Notes: generated from the letters alone by a model not told the origin. Shown: positions 10,476 through 21,143, counted from the first letter of the stretch. The stretch: DNA of 64,000 nucleotides from Candidatus Babelota bacterium (GCA_049325595.1 JBMOLF010000011.1:1-64000), one strand, 5' to 3'. Translations and numbers: made by a program.

Positions 10476-11742
10476 GATCTGCTCCTTCTAAGCCTTTTTT
10501 GCGGCGCAAGCGATGATAACTTACGGCAAAATGATGTGCATAATCTCGCAATGCTATTAAAAGTTTAGCTACTTGATTGTGCATATCAAGCTTTTTCCCT
10601 TCTGGAAATTGCTCACTAAAAATCGTTTCTTCTCTTTTTGCAAGACTAATACAAAGAGCGTGAGGAAGAATAGCTTTAACAGCACTCAGTTGTCCTTTGC
10701 CACCATCAATTAAGATAAGATCAGGCAATTCTGCTGGTTCTTTGTATCGTCTGCCCACGATTTCTTGTAAAGCTGCATAATCATTTTGTTCAAGTAAAGT
10801 ACGAATTTTAAATCGTCTAAACATATTTTTGTCTGGTTTACCATTAGTAAATCGCACACATGAACCTACTAAATAACTGCTTTGAAAATGAGAGATATCA
10901 AAGCAATCTATTGTTTTGATAGGCTTATCTAGCTGAAGAAATTGTGCAACTTCTTCAGGCGTGGCAATACCAGCCTCTTGTGGGACCGGTTGAGTTACCA
11001 CAAAAATATCGTCTTTATATTTATCTTCATGATAACGCGTGCGAATAGTTTCAAAAATGGTATCTAAGTTGTGCAGGTACTCTTGTAATCTTTTTGATTT
11101 CTCAAATAACATCTGCTTATTGTATTCACTGATACGCTTTTTTACCATCTCCAAGAAAATTGCATGATTGCCACGCAGTGCCTCCATAGCAAGATGCAAG
11201 CGAAACATATAGTCAGCTATATCAAATGAACTTTTACAGCTGCCGGCACATAAACCTAAATGATAATCAAGACATCCGTTTTCAATTTTTTTATTACATA
11301 AATTAAGCCTAAAGGTCTGCATTAAAAATCGGTATACTGCACGCGCATCTTTCTTGTGCAAGAACGGCCCAAAATAGGTACCCTTCTCTTTTTTCTGACG
11401 TACAACGCTTATTACCGGAATTGGATCTTTACTAAACTTAAGATATAAAAATGGCTGCCCTTCTTTGAGCAAAACATTATATTTAGGCTTGTATTTACCA
11501 ATAAGTTGCGCTTCTAATAACAGCGCTTCAGTCTCATTTTTGGTTTCTATATGCTCAACGGTGCTATGCTCTGCCAACAAACCATCAATCTTCCAATCAC
11601 GGTGTTTATTTTGAAAATACTGGCTTACACGGTCACGAATTGAGACCGCTTTGCCAATATAAATAACAATCCCCTGGGCATCTTTAAAAAGATACACCCC
11701 AGGCGCTTTTGGTAATGTTTTAAGGACAAATTCTTTAGACAT
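10432..11742 (-). CDS. uvrC: Excinuclease ABC subunit C (short, lacking C-terminal HhH)
   Basis: GIY-YIG domain (PGVYLF...IYIGKA), Cys-rich region, DISH and DGGKGQ RNase H-like domain. Confidence 0.92.
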   Translation of the reverse strand: MSKEFVLKTLPKAPGVYLFKDAQGIVIYIGKAVSIRDRVSQYFQNKHRDWKIDGLLAEHSTVEHIETKNETEALLLEAQLIGKYKPKYNVLLKEGQPFLYLKFSKDPIPVISVVRQKKEKGTYFGPFLHKKDARAVYRFLMQTFRLNLCNKKIENGCLDYHLGLCAGSCKSSFDIADYMFRLHLAMEALRGNHAIFLEMVKKRISEYNKQMLFEKSKRLQEYLHNLDTIFETIRTRYHEDKYKDDIFVVTQPVPQEAGIATPEEVAQFLQLDKPIKTIDCFDISHFQSSYLVGSCVRFTNGKPDKNMFRRFKIRTLLEQNDYAALQEIVGRRYKEPAELPDLILIDGGKGQLSAVKAILPHALCISLAKREETIFSEQFPEGKKLDMHNQVAKLLIALRDYAHHFAVSYHRLRRKKGLEGADHETRAIHYRKPRAY

Positions 11743-11954
11743 GAGCTCACCATTTATTTGTAATCAACTCATTATAACATATTTTTTATTGCTTTTTAAT
11801 TGAGGCTAATTAATCAACATTTAGTGTGGTTATTGCATAAAAATGCAATTATAAAGACATGTTTTCGGTTTTCAAATTGAAAATCTTGGAAATCATTTTT
11901 TTGTTGATATACTTTTTAGGCATTAAATCCAACAATACTACACAAAGGATTATC

Positions 11955-12311
11955 ATGAAAAAACAATTGTTAATAATAGCTATTTTGGCAGGATCTTTTA
12001 TTGTTTCAGCAAATAGTTTTGCTATGGATTCACTAGACGACAATCCCGCTTTTTTAAATACATTTTTTAATGAACGCCAAGAATATTTAAAAGAAATACC
12101 AGCAACAGAAAAAGAGCCCGAAGTAAATGGTGCGCCACAAATTAATACACAAAAAATGGTTTTTGATAAATGGTGCGACTGTAAACCATTGATTTCAAGC
12201 ACAAACGATAAAAGCACAGATACATTAAGCTCGGATGCAAAACAAATTTTTAAGTTTTATATTCTAAGCATTATACTCGCAACGTTCTGTCATCACCTAG
12301 CTACCCATTAA
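11955..12311 (+). CDS. Secreted/membrane hypothetical protein
   Basis: AAGGA RBS, MKKQLL signal, SFA-MD, C-terminal hydrophobic segment. Start moved from 11859. Confidence 0.65.
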   Translation: MKKQLLIIAILAGSFIVSANSFAMDSLDDNPAFLNTFFNERQEYLKEIPATEKEPEVNGAPQINTQKMVFDKWCDCKPLISSTNDKSTDTLSSDAKQIFKFYILSIILATFCHHLATH

Positions 12312-12316
12312 TAAAT

Positions 12317-12347
12317 AAAAAAAGCGGTGGCTTAAAAACTCACCGCT
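12317..12347 (-). terminator. Intrinsic terminator
   Basis: AGCGGTG/CACCGCT stem with a U tract on the minus strand. Confidence 0.65.
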
Positions 12348-12363
12348 CACTCAACAAAAATAA

Positions 12364-13554
12364 TTATTGCTTGTTTTCGATTATTATCCACTCATCGGAA
12401 GATTGCACCTGTGTATTTTTTTGAGCAATTTGCAATAGTTCTTCACCCTTTTTTGCGAGCTCTGGGTTATGGGGCAGTTGGTATTTTGCCAAAAAAGCAT
12501 TACTCACAAATTGTGCTGCTTTGGAACGATTTAAAGTCGAATGAATTAATTTATTATCATGGATAACCAAACAATAAACATCTTCTCTGTTGCCCAATTC
12601 CTTGATCTTTTTTACTAAAGAAAAAATATTACTATCAGGCACTACCTTATCATTTTTTAAATGAAGAATAAGAATAGGCATTTGTGTCGATTCAGGATTT
12701 AGTGTATCTATTAAATTATCTTCTTGCGGTTTATAATTGCGCATAGTAGCCTGAAAAATCACATTAACTAAATAACCACCAAAAGGTATAAATGGCACAT
12801 AAGAAGACGCCATTTTTTTAGCTGCTTCTTTAAAAGAAACTAAAGGAGATTCTAAAATTAAAGCACTAAATGGTTGCGTTAATTGTGTTCTTAGAAGAAT
12901 ATCAGCTCCTACACAAAGTCCTATTCCCACTAATTTTTTTTCAGGAAGTTCTTTCGTTGCATGCTCAATGGCAGTCTTCATGCATTGTTGATCAAGTTTT
13001 TGTGCAAAATTAAAAGCATTAATTTGTGCAGGATAATCAAAAGTTATACAAGGGCCATTAATAAAGTTGTTCATTATATATTTGCATGCTTGCTTGAGAG
13101 CAAATTGAGGATTTTTATTAGATTTCTTTGGGTATAAAAATTTATTGCCACTCTGGCAGCTGCCGATAGCCAATCCTCTTGAATAAACAAAGTAAGTATC
13201 ATGTGAACTATTTTTTATATGGTCGTACCGATGTACATAATTCAATTTACCTTCTATGCAAAGCTGAATACGATCGTCGCCAGCAATGTCATGATTTGTT
13301 ATTTTTTTACTATATTCCTCAAAAGTATAGCTACGTCCTTGCAAATTGATTTGCTCTGTTTCAGGAACTAAAGTGCAAATATTGAGATTTTCTGCCGTCG
13401 GGCTAAAGACAGCAGGCTTTGTTAATTGTTTGTAACCAATGTAGGTTGCACCTGCAATCAAAGCGGTTACAAAGCCTTTTGTGTAAGCGCGGTATTCTTC
13501 ATTAGCCTTTATTGCGTTCGATAAAAAGACCAATATTAACACTATATAGATCAT
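12364..13554 (-). CDS. Secreted alpha/beta hydrolase-fold protein (GxCxG)
   Basis: GIGLCVGA elbow, LILESP, HLKNDKVVP, late His. Confidence 0.7.
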   Translation of the reverse strand: MIYIVLILVFLSNAIKANEEYRAYTKGFVTALIAGATYIGYKQLTKPAVFSPTAENLNICTLVPETEQINLQGRSYTFEEYSKKITNHDIAGDDRIQLCIEGKLNYVHRYDHIKNSSHDTYFVYSRGLAIGSCQSGNKFLYPKKSNKNPQFALKQACKYIMNNFINGPCITFDYPAQINAFNFAQKLDQQCMKTAIEHATKELPEKKLVGIGLCVGADILLRTQLTQPFSALILESPLVSFKEAAKKMASSYVPFIPFGGYLVNVIFQATMRNYKPQEDNLIDTLNPESTQMPILILHLKNDKVVPDSNIFSLVKKIKELGNREDVYCLVIHDNKLIHSTLNRSKAAQFVSNAFLAKYQLPHNPELAKKGEELLQIAQKNTQVQSSDEWIIIENKQ

Positions 13555-13578
13555 ACTATTTAATTCTTTTTTGATTTA

Positions 13579-14799
13579 TTACATATTGATGGTTATAGTC
13601 CACTCATCGGAAGATTGCACTTGCGCATTTTGCCGAGCAACGTGTAATAGTTCTTCACCCTTTTTTGCTAATTGCTCGTCATGGGGCAATTGGTACTTAG
13701 CATAAAAAGCATTGGTCACTTGTTGTGTAGATTTGGCCAAACTCATCAATGCATGGCGCAGATTATTTGTTTTATCTTGTAACACAAAACAATACGCATG
13801 TTCATTGCCTTTTTCTTTTACCGCTTTGAGCAACTGCATAACATGCTCATCGCTCACTACTTTATCATCGACTAAATGCAGCAATAATAAAGGTGCTTTT
13901 ACCGTAATATCATTTTCAAAAATGTTATCTTTTTCTGGATTATAAGACGGAAATGCCAAACGTGCCATCGCATACATAAATGGACCTTTAAAGGGTATAA
14001 CCCTAGGTACATCCGCTCTACCAATACTATGTATTGCATCTTTAAATGAAATAAGTGGCGATTCTAAAACTGTCACCGATGGTGTTTCTTTTTCTACCCG
14101 CACATTAGTTCCTGCACCACGACACAAACCTACCTCAATAATCTTTTTCTGAGGCAATGTCTTTGCAACTTGGTCATATACAAAAGCGACACATTCTTGA
14201 TCCGGTTCTTGGGTAAAGGAAATATTTTTCCAACGTTGATCAGGAAAATCGAAGGCAATACAAGGATCATGCATCATATTATCACGCATGTATTTATACA
14301 CCTCAATAATCGCACCTCCAACCGGTGGTAGGGATTGTGGTTGTCTACCGGCCTGTATTGCTCGATCATTCACTTGATTTCTACCAAGTGCTACCCCACG
14401 GGAATAAATATTGATATTTTGATGTCCAGTTTCTTGAATCCCTTTTAGCACATTAAGATACAACTCTTTACCATCTTGATTATTCACCTTAATGCAATCG
14501 TTATCCGTCGCTTTATTTTGCGCAAAACGAGCAATATATTCTTGTAAAGAATAACTTGTTTGTGATGGTAATAATGCTTGTTGAGGTACCACCGTAACAA
14601 CATTAAGATTTTCTAAAGATGGTTTAATAATAGTTGGAGTTCTTAATTTTTTTATGCCATATATTGTTGCGCCAGTAACTAATGTGGTCACCAAAGCAGT
14701 TGTTGTTCTAAAATCAGTTTCTGCCCCCTTTAAAGGTTGTCTTATCAATGCGGCAATTAAAAAAAATAGTAAAATCATTGTAATACTTTTTATTATCAT
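13579..14799 (-). CDS. Secreted alpha/beta hydrolase-fold protein, paralog (GxCxG)
   Basis: VGLCRGA, VLESP, HLVDDKVV; shares YSRG, PCI.FD and QVQSSDEW with its neighbour. Confidence 0.7.
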   Translation of the reverse strand: MIIKSITMILLFFLIAALIRQPLKGAETDFRTTTALVTTLVTGATIYGIKKLRTPTIIKPSLENLNVVTVVPQQALLPSQTSYSLQEYIARFAQNKATDNDCIKVNNQDGKELYLNVLKGIQETGHQNINIYSRGVALGRNQVNDRAIQAGRQPQSLPPVGGAIIEVYKYMRDNMMHDPCIAFDFPDQRWKNISFTQEPDQECVAFVYDQVAKTLPQKKIIEVGLCRGAGTNVRVEKETPSVTVLESPLISFKDAIHSIGRADVPRVIPFKGPFMYAMARLAFPSYNPEKDNIFENDITVKAPLLLLHLVDDKVVSDEHVMQLLKAVKEKGNEHAYCFVLQDKTNNLRHALMSLAKSTQQVTNAFYAKYQLPHDEQLAKKGEELLHVARQNAQVQSSDEWTITINM

Positions 14800-14942
14800 T
14801 TTTGAATAGATGTATCAAAACAAAGATATCAAATTTTGCAATTATTTCAAATAGAAAAAATAGGGGCTGTTGAGAAATTTTGTAAAAAAACAAAATAGCA
14901 GTAGTCTATAATGAATAACCTTTAAACTTTTCCTGTTATTTT

Positions 14943-15863
14943 ATGAAAAAATTACTTACCATCTTCGTTATCTTAAATATTCTTGCTTGCGTATTTTTTC
15001 TAACGAATAAACAACACATTTCTCATTCATCAGCAAAAAGAATAGTATGTACAACCACTATTCTTGCTGACACCGCCAAACAAATAGCCGGCGATGAATG
15101 GCATATTACAAGTCTTATGGGACCAGGAGTAGATCCTCATACCTATCACGCAACCGAGCAAGATGTACATGCACTGGCTTCAGCTCATCTGATTTTGTAT
15201 CATGGCCTACACCTAGAAGGGAAAATGGTGCATTTACTAGAACACATGAATCAATACACTAAATCAGTAGGTGTTTGCGATCTACTTCCGCAAGAACAAC
15301 TAATTTCAAGCGAAATTGAGGGAATTTATGATCCTCATGTATGGCATGATGTCGCATTATGGAAAATAGTGGTTCAATACATTGCCAATGTATTAGTAGA
15401 AATTGATCCTACCAAAGCTGATCATTACCAAAAACGTGCCCAGGAATATCTGGCAAAGCTCACGCAACTAGAAGCGTATATACAAAACCAAATTAATCTA
15501 ATTCCTTTAGAACAAAGAGTATTAATAACCGCGCATGACGCCTTTAGTTATTATGGATTACGTTATGGCATACGCGTGATGGGCCTTCAGGGGGTAAGCA
15601 CCGATGCTGAAGCAGGCACCAGAGATATTCAAGAATTGGTACAATTCATTGTAGCTAATAAAATAAAAGCTATTTTTGTAGAATCTTCCATTTCGCCTCG
15701 CAATATTCAAGCTGTTCAGCATGGCGTCCAGGCACAGAACTGGCGCGTGGCTATTGGTCCTGAATTATACTCTGATGCACTTGGCGATATAGAAAGTGAT
15801 GCAAAAACATATTATGACATGGTACGCTTCAATACCAATGTAATCACTTCTTCTTTAAGCTAA
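14943..15863 (+). CDS. troA: Mn/Zn/Fe ABC transporter substrate-binding protein (TroA/MntA)
   Basis: GPGVDPH, DPHVW, TAHDAF, LYSDALG. Confidence 0.9.
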   Translation: MKKLLTIFVILNILACVFFLTNKQHISHSSAKRIVCTTTILADTAKQIAGDEWHITSLMGPGVDPHTYHATEQDVHALASAHLILYHGLHLEGKMVHLLEHMNQYTKSVGVCDLLPQEQLISSEIEGIYDPHVWHDVALWKIVVQYIANVLVEIDPTKADHYQKRAQEYLAKLTQLEAYIQNQINLIPLEQRVLITAHDAFSYYGLRYGIRVMGLQGVSTDAEAGTRDIQELVQFIVANKIKAIFVESSISPRNIQAVQHGVQAQNWRVAIGPELYSDALGDIESDAKTYYDMVRFNTNVITSSLS

Positions 15864-15872
15864 GGAGAAAAT

Positions 15873-16310
15873 ATGAAATATTTCATATTGTTTTTTGTTA
15901 CTCTATATGCTGGACAAACTTTGTGCATGCAAAAAAAATTAATTACGCTCAATGGCCATACCGCTTCATTAATTGATCATATCGACCGTTCTAAAAAATT
16001 AATGAATACTGATCCCATAAGCGCAACGCTTATTTTGCGCTATATTGCTACCGAATGCTTGATAGAACGTGGCAATGTATTATGCATTACCCAAGAGGAT
16101 CTTACCGATATTAAAAATGATAATTATGTTTACGTTCCTAAATTTCGTTTTGACAATACCCACTTAAGCGGCAACAAAAAAATATGGGTTGACGCTATCA
16201 TTGTTGGAACCACTGATGAAAACCATGTTCACGATCTATCACCCCGATCAATTGACAAAATATTGATTGATAAGCGCGAAGCAAAAAAGAAGAAATATCT
16301 AAAATCTTAA
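15873..16310 (+). CDS. Secreted hypothetical protein inside the tro operon
   Basis: AGGAG RBS; signal peptide ending TLC-MQ. Confidence 0.7.
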   Translation: MKYFILFFVTLYAGQTLCMQKKLITLNGHTASLIDHIDRSKKLMNTDPISATLILRYIATECLIERGNVLCITQEDLTDIKNDNYVYVPKFRFDNTHLSGNKKIWVDAIIVGTTDENHVHDLSPRSIDKILIDKREAKKKKYLKS

Positions 16311-16393
16311 TATTTTAAAAAAGTACCGTTTTATAGTTTTTGCAGTAAAATAAAGAAATATAACATATCAATTAATTTTACCTTGGTTGTACC

Positions 16394-17137
16394 ATGAACA
16401 CACCTGCACTGGAAATAAATCATTTAACGGTTACGTATCAACATAACCCTGTTTTATGGAACGTATGTGCGTCTATTCCACATGGGGTATTGCTTGCTAT
16501 TGTAGGACCTAATGGTGCGGGTAAAACAACAATTATTAAAACCATCCTTGGGCTTATAAAGCCTTTGGCAGGAACTATTTCAATATTTGGAAAACCATCA
16601 CATACCCAACGACATGCTATTGCGTATGTTCCGCAGCGAGCTACGATTGACTGGGATTTTCCCGTAACGGCACGTGACGTGGTATTAATGGGTTGCTATG
16701 GTCAACTTGGCTGGTTTAGAAAACCACAAGCCCAGCATATCCAAAAAGCAAGAGAAGCTCTTTCCCTTGTTGATATGATTGACTTTGAACATCGACCAAT
16801 TAATAGTTTATCCGGCGGGCAACAACAACGCGTATTTTTGGCACGTGCACTTATGCAAGAAGCATCTATTTATATAATGGATGAGCCATTTGTGGGAGTT
16901 GATATGTTTAGCGAAAAAGCAATCATTCAAGTACTGCGCCAATTACGCAATCAAAAAAAAACTATTATTGCCGTACATCATGATCTTAATACGGTTAAAG
17001 AATATTTTGATTGGACTTTAATGATCAATAAAAGCTCGATTTCATGTGGCCCAATTGAGCAGGCATTTACTCCTGAACATATTCAAAATACGTATAAACA
17101 TCATGTTTTTTTTGCTCAATCTAATCAGTCATTATGA
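16394..17137 (+). CDS. troB: Metal ABC transporter ATPase (TroB/MntB)
   Basis: GPNGAGKT, YVPQR..DWDFP, LSGGQQQR, DEPFVGVD. Confidence 0.92.
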   Translation: MNTPALEINHLTVTYQHNPVLWNVCASIPHGVLLAIVGPNGAGKTTIIKTILGLIKPLAGTISIFGKPSHTQRHAIAYVPQRATIDWDFPVTARDVVLMGCYGQLGWFRKPQAQHIQKAREALSLVDMIDFEHRPINSLSGGQQQRVFLARALMQEASIYIMDEPFVGVDMFSEKAIIQVLRQLRNQKKTIIAVHHDLNTVKEYFDWTLMINKSSISCGPIEQAFTPEHIQNTYKHHVFFAQSNQSL

Positions 17138-17988
17138 TAATATTTGATTACACCTTATTACTGGTTATTCTCGGAACTACCTTGCTTGGCATAACAGCTG
17201 GTACATTAAGTACATTTGTGTTTTTAAGAAAACAAAGTTTACTTGGCGATGCAATTTCCCATGCTGCATTGCCGGGTATTATTTTAGCCTATCTAATCAC
17301 CGGACAGAAAGACCCTCTTACGTTAATGGCTGGTGCTGCTTGTGCGGGCACTATTGGTACAGCATTTATCCGCATGGTATTGCGCTACACAACTATAAAA
17401 AGTGACACCATTCTTGGATTAGTACTATCGGTATTTTTTGGCTGCGGACTGGTACTTATTAGTATTTTAAAAAAGTACCCGACACTACAAGCTCACTCGT
17501 TACAGAAATTCCTTTTTGGTAATGCTTCAAGCTTTACCTCACAAGAAATCTTTATTCTAGCAATAATTAGCATTATCATTTTATTAAGCATAAAATTGTG
17601 TTGGAAAGAATTTAAAATTTTATCATTTGATCCTGATTATTCTTTTAATAGCGGATTGCCGGTCAAATATATTGATCTGTTTCTTACCTTTCTTTTAATC
17701 ATCACCATTATTATTGGCCTGCAAACAGTAGGCGTCATTTTAATGAGTACCATGCTTATTGCTCCGGGAGCAGCAGCTCGACAATGGACTCATCGGCTTG
17801 AAACTATGGCCCTGATCAGTAGTTTTTTTGGCACAATTGCCTGCATCACTGGATCGTGCATTAGTAGCTTATACACCCATATACCCACGGGCCCGACAAT
17901 AGTAATATTATTAAGTATTATTGTTTTTTGTTCATTACTTATTGCTCCTGCGCGTAAAGGAGTAATATGGAGGCTTTTTGCGCAATGA
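17134..17988 (+). CDS. troC: Metal ABC transporter permease (TroC)
   Basis: LRKQSLLGDAISHAALPG, ABC-3 family. Confidence 0.9.
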   Translation: MIIFDYTLLLVILGTTLLGITAGTLSTFVFLRKQSLLGDAISHAALPGIILAYLITGQKDPLTLMAGAACAGTIGTAFIRMVLRYTTIKSDTILGLVLSVFFGCGLVLISILKKYPTLQAHSLQKFLFGNASSFTSQEIFILAIISIIILLSIKLCWKEFKILSFDPDYSFNSGLPVKYIDLFLTFLLIITIIIGLQTVGVILMSTMLIAPGAAARQWTHRLETMALISSFFGTIACITGSCISSLYTHIPTGPTIVILLSIIVFCSLLIAPARKGVIWRLFAQ

Positions 17989-19070
17989 TTACCTTACTAT
18001 CGCTTCACATCTTATTAGTTGCTTGTTTAGTGAGTGTTATGTGTGCCATACCGGGTGTATTTTTAGTATTGCGCTCAGTAGCTATGATGAGCGACGCAAT
18101 TAGCCACGCAATATTACCTGGTATTGTATTAATGTTTTTTTGGGTGGGCAATTTAGAATCACCTTTACTCTTAGTCGGTGCTGCAATTGCCGGTATTGCA
18201 ACCGTGTTAGCTACCGAATTGCTCATGAGCACCAATCAATTAAAAAAAGATGCTGCGATTGGCTTAGTTTTTCCGTTCTTTTTTTCAATTGGTGTAATTC
18301 TTATTAGCATGTATGCGCGCACCGTGCATTTAGATGTTGATATGGTACTACTTGGCGAGCTTATATTTGCACCATTTAACAGAATGGTTATTGCAGGCTA
18401 TGATGTTGGTTCATACGCATTGTGGAGTACAAGCATACTAATTATTGGCAACCTTATCCTTACTAAATTATTTTTTAAAGAAATTACACTAAGCATATTT
18501 GACCCTCAGCTTGCACTACTTGCTGGATTCTTTCCGCAACTTTTATATTACGGTCTTATGATTATTACCAGCATAACCGCCGTCACTGCTTTTAATATTG
18601 TTGGCTCCTTTGTAGTCGTCGCCTTAATGATTGCACCTGCAGCTACTGCTTCGTTATTTACTCATTCAGTAAAACAAATGCTTATTGCAAGCACTGGCAT
18701 TTCATTACTTGCTGCCATTAATGGTTATACCGCAGCATATGTGAGTGACGTATCTATTACCGGTTCTATAGCCGTATGCAATGGATTATTATTTGTTATA
18801 GCACTACTAATTGCTCCCCATAAAGGGCTTATGTCACGAATAACCAATCATTATAAAAATATTAAAGCTAAACAATATGCTGTTGTTTTGCATTATTTAT
18901 CAAACCAACCGTGGATTTCATCTGCTATTGTTGCTCAACATTTGGGATGGTCTTTAAAGCACATAGAAAATACTCTTGTTTACTTACACAACCAAAAACT
19001 TATTGATACTAATCACCATGTTACGCAAAACGGCCACCACTATCTGCAAAAAGAAATGGCCGGCAATTAA
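17985..19070 (+). CDS. troD: Metal ABC transporter permease (TroD) with C-terminal HTH-like extension
   Basis: MMSDAISHAILPG, HLDVD; ATGA overlap with troC sets the start at 17985. Confidence 0.88.
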   Translation: MITLLSLHILLVACLVSVMCAIPGVFLVLRSVAMMSDAISHAILPGIVLMFFWVGNLESPLLLVGAAIAGIATVLATELLMSTNQLKKDAAIGLVFPFFFSIGVILISMYARTVHLDVDMVLLGELIFAPFNRMVIAGYDVGSYALWSTSILIIGNLILTKLFFKEITLSIFDPQLALLAGFFPQLLYYGLMIITSITAVTAFNIVGSFVVVALMIAPAATASLFTHSVKQMLIASTGISLLAAINGYTAAYVSDVSITGSIAVCNGLLFVIALLIAPHKGLMSRITNHYKNIKAKQYAVVLHYLSNQPWISSAIVAQHLGWSLKHIENTLVYLHNQKLIDTNHHVTQNGHHYLQKEMAGN

Positions 19071-19133
19071 AGCTCGCTCTTAAAATAACTAATTGTTGCC
19101 AAACCCAATCACCACTTTTTATAGTTTTTAATT

Positions 19134-20639
19134 ATGAAGAGTTTGAAAAATCAAAATAAGAAACCAACACTGTTGGTTATTCTTGATGGATTTGGGTACG
19201 GTCAGCACAATGAATATAATGCCATAGCGTGTGCTGACACCCCATTCTTGGATTTTGCCTTACAAACATATCCCCATATCTTACTAAATGCATCAGGAAA
19301 AGCAGTAGGATTGCCACCAGGATACATAGGCAATTCAGAAGTAGGCCATATGACTATTGGCACTGGAAAAATAATAAAACAGCCAATGACTATTATTAAT
19401 GAACAGATAGAAGATGGTTCTTTTTATAGTAATACTCTTTTAATAAAACATTTTAACAATCTGGCTCAGTCCAAAAAAAAATTGCATCTTGCAGGCATTT
19501 TATCTGACGCCGGTGTGCACGGACATATCAATCATCTATGTGCCTATATAGAACTTGCACTCAGATGCAAAGTAAATAAAATTATCGTTCATGCATTTTT
19601 AGATGGCAGAGATGTCGGCCCCCAAACAGCACACACGTACCTTACCCAACTGCAGGCTATTATTGAAGCTAATGCTCCTCATGTTGAACTTGGCACACTC
19701 CATGGCAGATTTTACGCAATGGACCGTGATCACAATTGGGAGCGCACCCACAAAAGCTATGCGGTTATGACACAAGAACAAACCATTACTTTTGCATCGT
19801 GGCAAGAGGTAATCACACACTATTACGCGAAGCATATTTTTGATGAGTTTATACCACCAACACAATTACTACAGGCAGCAGTCATTGAAAATGGTGATGG
19901 TTTAATTTTCTATGACACACGACCCGAACGTGAGCGACAATTGGCAGAAGCATTTGCTAATAAACAGTTTGCGCACTTTCCCATAAAAAAAATTAATCTT
20001 TCTTTTTTTATTACACCGGTACCATACGGCAATAACATCAAAACAATTACCTTATTGCCGCAAGCTACTATAACTAATACACTCAAAGAACAATTAATAA
20101 AACACAATAAAACGATATTTACCATTGCCGAAACAGAAAAATATGCGCATGTTACCTATTTTTTTGATGGTGGCAATGAAAACATCTATCCCTTAGAAAA
20201 ACGAGTACTTATTCCATCGATAAAAACCAAAAGTTATGCTGATTATCCCTGCATGTCAGCGCAAGAAATTACTCACACTATTTTAAGTTCATTGCAACCA
20301 GATCCATTTGATTTTTATGTAGTTAACTATGCCAATGCCGATATGGTTGGACATACGGGAAATTTTAATGCAACGGTAAAAGCCATTGAATGTTTAGACA
20401 AAGAATTAAAAAAATTATATGAACAAGTTGTTTTGCATATGAATGGCACACTTTACATTACTGCAGATCATGGTAAGGCAGAAGATATGTTTGATGCAAC
20501 TATTGGCCAACCAAGAACCGCTCATACCGCAAACCCAGTGCCATTTATTATGATTCAAAAGCAGCTTTCACCTACAACACCATTACCATTAACACAGCTT
20601 TCTGATATTTGTGATTGGATAATTAGTCATTTAAATTAA
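19134..20639 (+). CDS. gpmI: 2,3-bisphosphoglycerate-independent phosphoglycerate mutase
   Basis: ILDGFG, GNSEVGH, GRFYAMDRD, ETEKYAHVT, DMVGH, TADHG. Confidence 0.96.
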   Translation: MKSLKNQNKKPTLLVILDGFGYGQHNEYNAIACADTPFLDFALQTYPHILLNASGKAVGLPPGYIGNSEVGHMTIGTGKIIKQPMTIINEQIEDGSFYSNTLLIKHFNNLAQSKKKLHLAGILSDAGVHGHINHLCAYIELALRCKVNKIIVHAFLDGRDVGPQTAHTYLTQLQAIIEANAPHVELGTLHGRFYAMDRDHNWERTHKSYAVMTQEQTITFASWQEVITHYYAKHIFDEFIPPTQLLQAAVIENGDGLIFYDTRPERERQLAEAFANKQFAHFPIKKINLSFFITPVPYGNNIKTITLLPQATITNTLKEQLIKHNKTIFTIAETEKYAHVTYFFDGGNENIYPLEKRVLIPSIKTKSYADYPCMSAQEITHTILSSLQPDPFDFYVVNYANADMVGHTGNFNATVKAIECLDKELKKLYEQVVLHMNGTLYITADHGKAEDMFDATIGQPRTAHTANPVPFIMIQKQLSPTTPLPLTQLSDICDWIISHLN

Positions 20640-20651
20640 AAAAGGAAGATT

Positions 20652-21143
20652 ATGCACGCAATAAAAAAAATAACATTAGCAGCGCTCGTAATCACGACTA
20701 TGAGCCTAGCACAATTAAATTGGGAACATTCAAAAAAGGCAAGTAAAGAATTTTTGAATGCCGGGGTACTTTTTGAACTTAAAAATAAAAGTAAAAATCC
20801 CATTGAAGTTATTTTTAAACAAACAGTTGAAATAGAACCAGGTCAGCTCGCAACTAAACCAATTGCACTCGTGCTTCAACCAAATGGTGATGCAGTACGC
20901 ATTAGTTCTGCATTCGATTTTTCATTAAAACATCCTATTTATCTTACCATCAGCGAAAAAATTCCAAACGAAGCAAATCCTGCAATACGCCAATTTTTGT
21001 TCCCCACCAATGTGCAACAAATTATAGTGAAATGGGAAGATGGTAAACTTCAAGCACAAAAGGGAAGCATATTTGGCTATACTGAATCAGGTATTCCACT
21101 TAGAGGAAATGTTCGCACGCAGGATATTTTAAGATTACGATAA
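20652..21143 (+). CDS. Secreted hypothetical protein
   Basis: RBS, signal peptide, beta-rich body. Confidence 0.65.
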   Translation: MHAIKKITLAALVITTMSLAQLNWEHSKKASKEFLNAGVLFELKNKSKNPIEVIFKQTVEIEPGQLATKPIALVLQPNGDAVRISSAFDFSLKHPIYLTISEKIPNEANPAIRQFLFPTNVQQIIVKWEDGKLQAQKGSIFGYTESGIPLRGNVRTQDILRLR

